In this document: one piece after another, positions 50,001 through 56,000 of the stretch
Numbering within the stretch: the first letter of the stretch is position 1
Layout: each line of letters opens with the position of its first letter
DNA from: a virus
Length of the DNA stretch: 64,000 nucleotides
Virus record (IMG/VR): IMGVR_UViG_3300005805_000047
Span: 1 to 64,000 of that record
Reading direction: 5' to 3' (one strand)
Made by a program: the position numbers and the translations under genes
Notes under the pieces: model-generated
The model's database searches: none
Told to the model about the DNA's origin: nothing
The model's input: only the letters and a program-made list of their open reading frames with translations

Positions 50001-53000
50001 GAGTTTACGGTCAGCAAGATTCGCACTATTCGCGGCGGCAGGGAAGAGCCAGATGATGAAGAGCTCTACGATAGCGAAAGCGCACTAAGTGCCGGAGATG
50101 TGCGAACGCTTACCGGTCTCTTCATGAACGACCTTCAGAAAGATCTGGATGAGGAAAGTCGTCTTGAGCGAGAAATTGATGATGCTCGACGCGAACTTGA
50201 CATGGCCGGAGATGCTCCAGGGGTCGAGAATGTCGATGTTACATACTCAACAGCACTAGATGCAGTTGATTACAACCCGTCAACACAGGAACTCCGTGTT
50301 TCGTACAAAGACGGCGGAACATACATTTACGAAGGCGTTGACCGAACTGCATTTGAGGAATTCAAGTCTGCCCCAAGCAAGGGTCGCGCAATGAACGACA
50401 TTAAGCGCGCCCACCCATACCGAAAAGATAGCGAGTGGACTGGCGGTGTCGATGAGGATCGTGGCATAGAGGAATTTGATGTTCGTGGCTCAGAAGCAGT
50501 TGAGAAAGTCACCTATGACCCGAGCAAGGAAGAACTCACGGTCGTTTATTCTGGTGGTAAGGGCTACGTCTACACGGCAGTTACCCGAGAAGAAGCAGAT
50601 GCTGTTCGTTCAGCACCAAGTAAGGGTCGCGCAATTAATGATGTAAAGCGTACCCACGATGTTCGAAAGGCAGATGCACCAGTAGAGGAACGACCAACTG
50701 GCAGTCGTGGAATATCTCCTGATGTCAGTAAGGGAAAGTCGTTTGATGAAAGACTGGAACTTCTTGAAAAGTTGACACAAGAAGAAGATGACTTGGCAGA
50801 CCGCCTAAGCGGAGAGTTTGATGGTGCTAATCCAAAGGGTGATTACCTTACCCGTGGCGATGCACAGGGGTCGGCCACTGCCACAAGTCGCAAGAAATAC
50901 GGAACCGATGCATTCAAGCTGCTCAATGATTTGTTTTCCTCTGCAACACCAGCAGAGCGAGAGAAGATTAGGGAATGGTTTGATGGGCGCGAAAAGAGAA
51001 TGTCGGCAGAAAGAGCCGCTCGTACATCACGAACGATTGATCCCGCACCGACAGCAGCACCCAAAATGCCAACTCGCAAACCACCACGAGGTGGCAAGCG
51101 TGTCCGCAACCGCAATGTGGTTATTGAGATGGAGCAGGGCACCCTTGATGAAATTATGGAGGCAGAATCCAAGAACATCACGGTGGATGCGCTTCGTGAT
51201 GCCGCTGGTTCCGTAAATGGAAAGTACACAAAGGGTCCACGTAAGGGCAAGAACAGGGGTTCGGACACCATTACGGTGAGAGATGCAGAAACCGGCGAAC
51301 TCCTCCATGCTAACGAAATACTTCTCACATCATCTGTCATGCGCGGCAGTCCAACGGCTGCCAATAGGAAGCGCGGCTACATCAGAGCACGTTCGTATGC
51401 TGGTCGTCAAGGGCACAACATCACCAAAGATGAAGGTCCAAGTCTGCGCGGCGAAGGTCGTGGAATGACCGATTACGACAAGCGCGTGTACGGTCTTGGC
51501 TCAGATGAAAAGAACCGCGAATACGGTCTCGCTTCACGGTCAAGTCTTGACAGATTGCTGACTGAGCCAACTCCCCAAGAAGAGGTGGAATCCTTCCAGA
51601 GATATCTTGACTCCGAGTACGGCGAGTACTTCATGGACTACACCCAAATGGATGATGAGGAACTCAAGAAAACCTTGATGCAGCGTTACCGAATGAGTCG
51701 CAGTGAAGCAAATGCAACTGCCAGACAGATTCGCAAGGATCAAGACACTTTGGATGAGCTGTACATGGCGGCAGATGATGCTGGCTTTGATTCTCGTGGC
51801 GGACGAGAACTTGTCGTTCCTGACGAATATCGCATGTATGGCGTGACCAAGGATGCCCTACTGGATGAACTATATAGCGAAGATCTAGATGAGGACGAAG
51901 CAGAAAGAATTGCTGATTACTGGGCTCAATCTGATGGTTTGTGGGATAAGTATTTGGATCGCGCAATCAGTAACAACGAGGGCAATGTACTTAGGGCAGT
52001 ATCAGATGCAGCACAACAAGCCTACGAGGATTACCTCAGTGCATCAGCGGACAGCCTTGAGCAGAGACGACTTGACGGCTTTGCCTCGCGTGGTCAGCGC
52101 CTTGGCGAAATTAGGCCGATGGAAACTGCTGGTAATAACTGGATTGAATCAGCACGGCTTGCAGAACCTCTTGACATAATTAATCTTGAAGATGATGATG
52201 CAAGGGAGAAATTTGAGGAAGCCCTAATTGAGGCCGGGGTGCTTGATCGCATCAATACGTCTGAGTACATGGACGATGTCTATGAAAGAATTCTCGTATT
52301 TGCACCAGACACCGACAACGGAATAATGGAAGCAGCCAGTGGTAACCAAGCTAGGAATGCACCAAGAACTCGATACATAGTCCCCACCAAGGACAATAAA
52401 TATGCAATCGTTGAATTTAGTGGCGACTACGACGGTGCACCAGATGGACCTCCGGGTTATTACCCGAACTACGAAGTGGTGGATACGGCCCCGTCAATTG
52501 GAAGCGCCATAAGAAATGTTCAGAAACGTGAACAAAACGACATTGGTGCCCCTACCGGCAGGGCAGGAGGTCGTACATCGGAAGAAGGCTTTACATCCAG
52601 CAGCTACGAAAGTGATGCTGAGTTTCTGACTAGAAGAGCCAAAGAGCGAGAAGATGTGCTTAATGCACCAGTAGTAAAGGGAGAAAAGAGCCCATTACTA
52701 GACATGAGTCCATATAGCGCATTTGATGCATTCTATGGTGGCGGCTCCAAGTTCATTAGGCGCAGTGAGCAAACCTATGATATCTACGGTCCGGTTTCAA
52801 TGCCAATCGCTCAACAAGACAGTGCATTCCATACTGGATTTGCCGATCAAATAGTCAAAGACTTCTCCAGAAGTAATCTGACAATTGATGAACTTGCAGA
52901 CCGATTTGATATCACGCCAACCCAAGTTCAGGAAGTTCTTTTGGATGCCAAAGCAAACATGCTTGACCTTGAGCGACTGCGCGAGAAACAAAAAAAGACA

Positions 53001-56000
53001 TCGTTGCGGTCAACAGAAGAATCTGATATTAGGGCCGGCGAAAGGGTGGAGAAAATTTTTGTTGGCGATCGCAAGCATACAGACATCCCAGAATTGACCG
53101 GAGAAGCCCTTGCAAGACGAGAGCAGAGACTGGCGCATCGAAGAGCCTTGGCAGAGAATGATGCCATAAGAGAAAAAGAAGGTGCTGCGCTGAAAGAACT
53201 TGAGCGCACCACAGAGTATCGAGATGCAGAAAGCAATTACAGCCGAGCTCAAACCTATAACCGTCAACACGAGTACTGGATTGGTAAAGGTATAGAACTC
53301 CAGGAAAACATAGACAATCTCAAGGAGACAGACGACCTGTCTCTCCTCACCACCAGTGCATTAAACGGCGAGGACGTTCTTGACATACTCAAAGAAATAA
53401 ATGAAGATTGGGATTTGGATTTTAGAGATCCAACTGCCGATTGGTACGAAAATGACTATGGGACTTTGGTTGATTGGGATGGCGAAGAAGTTAGTTACGA
53501 CCAACTTGAATGGGATGATTTTGAAGTTGACCTTGAAAGTCTGAGCATCGAAGAACGTCAAAAACTTATTGATGCGGTAAAAGAGAAAAAGAATTGGATT
53601 CTTGAAACAGCACAAAAAAATGCGAGAGAGTTGGGTTTTTCAGAAATTCCAAACGAAAGAGATCTTCAAAAAGCAATCAGGGACAGTAACGCTGCCGCCA
53701 GAAAGCCAATTGAGGATATGAGGAATGAAGTCGCTAAAAAGTTCCCGAAAGTTCGCGTCCCAGAGGAACCCTCAAAGAGATCTTCGCTTTATGGTATCCG
53801 TAATGAAAAGGGTCAATTCCTTGAACTTGAAGAGTTGGCCACTGGGTGGGCAGAAGAAATACGGGTTGCCAAAGCTGAATCAGCAGCGCAAAGAGCTGAA
53901 CTGAATGCCCAATTGAACCGCGGCGACCAAAATCTTGAGGATGGCTTCGCCTCAAGGTATTCACGGTACGAGGGTGGCTGGGATGCAGTTGCTGAGTCCA
54001 GTGAAATGCCAAACCGACCAGAACGAGCAACCCCAATGTGGGACGACCTGGATGAGGATCAGCAGAACGAGTTCATCCACGAAGTGGATTACGACTACAT
54101 GTACGACAACCACTTCGGTCTCGGTGATGATGGAATCGTTGAGGCCATGGAAGATGGAAAATATGACGATGCGATAAGCGAACACGCGCAAATGGTGTGG
54201 GACACAATCGCTGAAAGAAAAGAAAAGAAACGCTTGATTGATGCGGTTACTGCAACTGGGGTAGATCCAGAAATGGCAGGACCAATTGCCGATTACTGGT
54301 TCAACAGCGATGGCATACACGACAAGTACATGAAGAGGAGTAACGGCGACCTCGGTAAAGCAATGGAAGTTGCCTACGAGGATTATCTCAGTGCGTTGGC
54401 AGACATGCAGGAAGATGGCTTTGCCTCTCGCGGTTCTGCAACAAAACCATCCGTTGATGCTGAAACACAGAAAATTATTGAAGGTGCATCGCTTGGTCAA
54501 TTAGCAGAAATGATTCAGGACGATTTGGCTGATCAAGGAAAGGAAATGTACTTCGGAGCAGTTCCCTATATTGATGCCCTATCCACCATGGATTCCATGG
54601 ATGACCGATATGGCGCCGATTCAGCACAAAGTGTCGTTGCCTATGCGCTGAGCAACCTTCAGACCTACAAGGGCGCCAAGGCGCGAGCAATTAAGGCAGA
54701 ACTCAAGAAGCGACTTGATGAAAAAGTCAACAGAGATGGCTTTGCCTCGCGTTCAAGTGGCACAGATTGGGGTCCATTGGCTGGAGAGGTTGCTCCTGCA
54801 AGACCACTTAGGATTGAAACTGAATGGTTGAATTTTGAGGATTTAGACCCAGAAGAGCAAGATCAACTCATTCGAGATGGCATTGAGAACATTGACCGAG
54901 TGGCTCAACCAGACATTGACCTAGAAGCTGAGAGGGACTTCATAATTGAGGAATATGACCGTGAAGCCAGAGCGGCCCGATCCGATGCGGCCGAATCACT
55001 GCTGAAAGAAATATACGAACTCTGGGACCAAGATGCTGATGCCGATAATATTTTCCAAAAAAACGGCAACCTTGCCTACGCAGAAGAACTAGTCAAGAAC
55101 GGAGACTATGTTGAAGATTATGAACTTGCTGAAGCAAGAAATATTGTGGATGAAGTCAGAGAGCGATGGGAAGAGCGTAAAAAGAATTCAGTAGATGACG
55201 AACCCTCGGACATAGACGACGAAGACAGCGATGGCTTTGCTTCTCGTATGCCCAATGATGGCGAACGACTCATGAGGAGAGGGAATAGGGACTTCCTATC
55301 CGATGAGTTCTCGCCACGTGAATATAGGCAGGCAATGAGTGGGTTGGACAAGGTCAGGAATAACACCGGGTCTCCTGTTACCACAGAGGAGAATGCCGCC
55401 ATCAGGAAACTTGCCGACCTCTATCGCGCGAGACCAAAGACAACGCGAAATGAACGAGATGCAATCAACGATGTAGTAAACAGTCTTAATAGTTACAGAT
55501 CTCGCCGAAGTGGTAACGAAGGCTTTGCCTCACGCGGTGGTCGCACGGAACAGATTGATGTACGCAATTCCAGTGCCGTCGAGCAGGTCACCTATGATCC
55601 ATTGAAAGAGGAACTTCTCGTCGTCTATAGCGGCAACAGAGGATACATCTACGAGGGTGTCACTCGTGGCGAGGCAGATGCACTGATTGATGCCCCAAGT
55701 AAGGGGGGCGCAATCAATGGCATCAAGGCAACACACTCGTTCCGCAAGGCATCCGATTCGGATGTTATGGACTTTGATATTGATCCAGTTGCTGTCCGCA
55801 AGGCAGAAGTTGATGCAAACTGGGAAAGGCTTCCTAGTTCCGACAAGGAGCAATACCTCAGGCGCGCGACCAATGCCGGCATAGCCGACGGAACCGGTGA
55901 ATCTGCTGATGAACTGTTGTCCGCCGCCAAGTTGCGAGCCATGGACGACAGAGAACTGGCAATGCTTGAACGTGAAGCAATCGGCAGGGGTGAATCCTCA

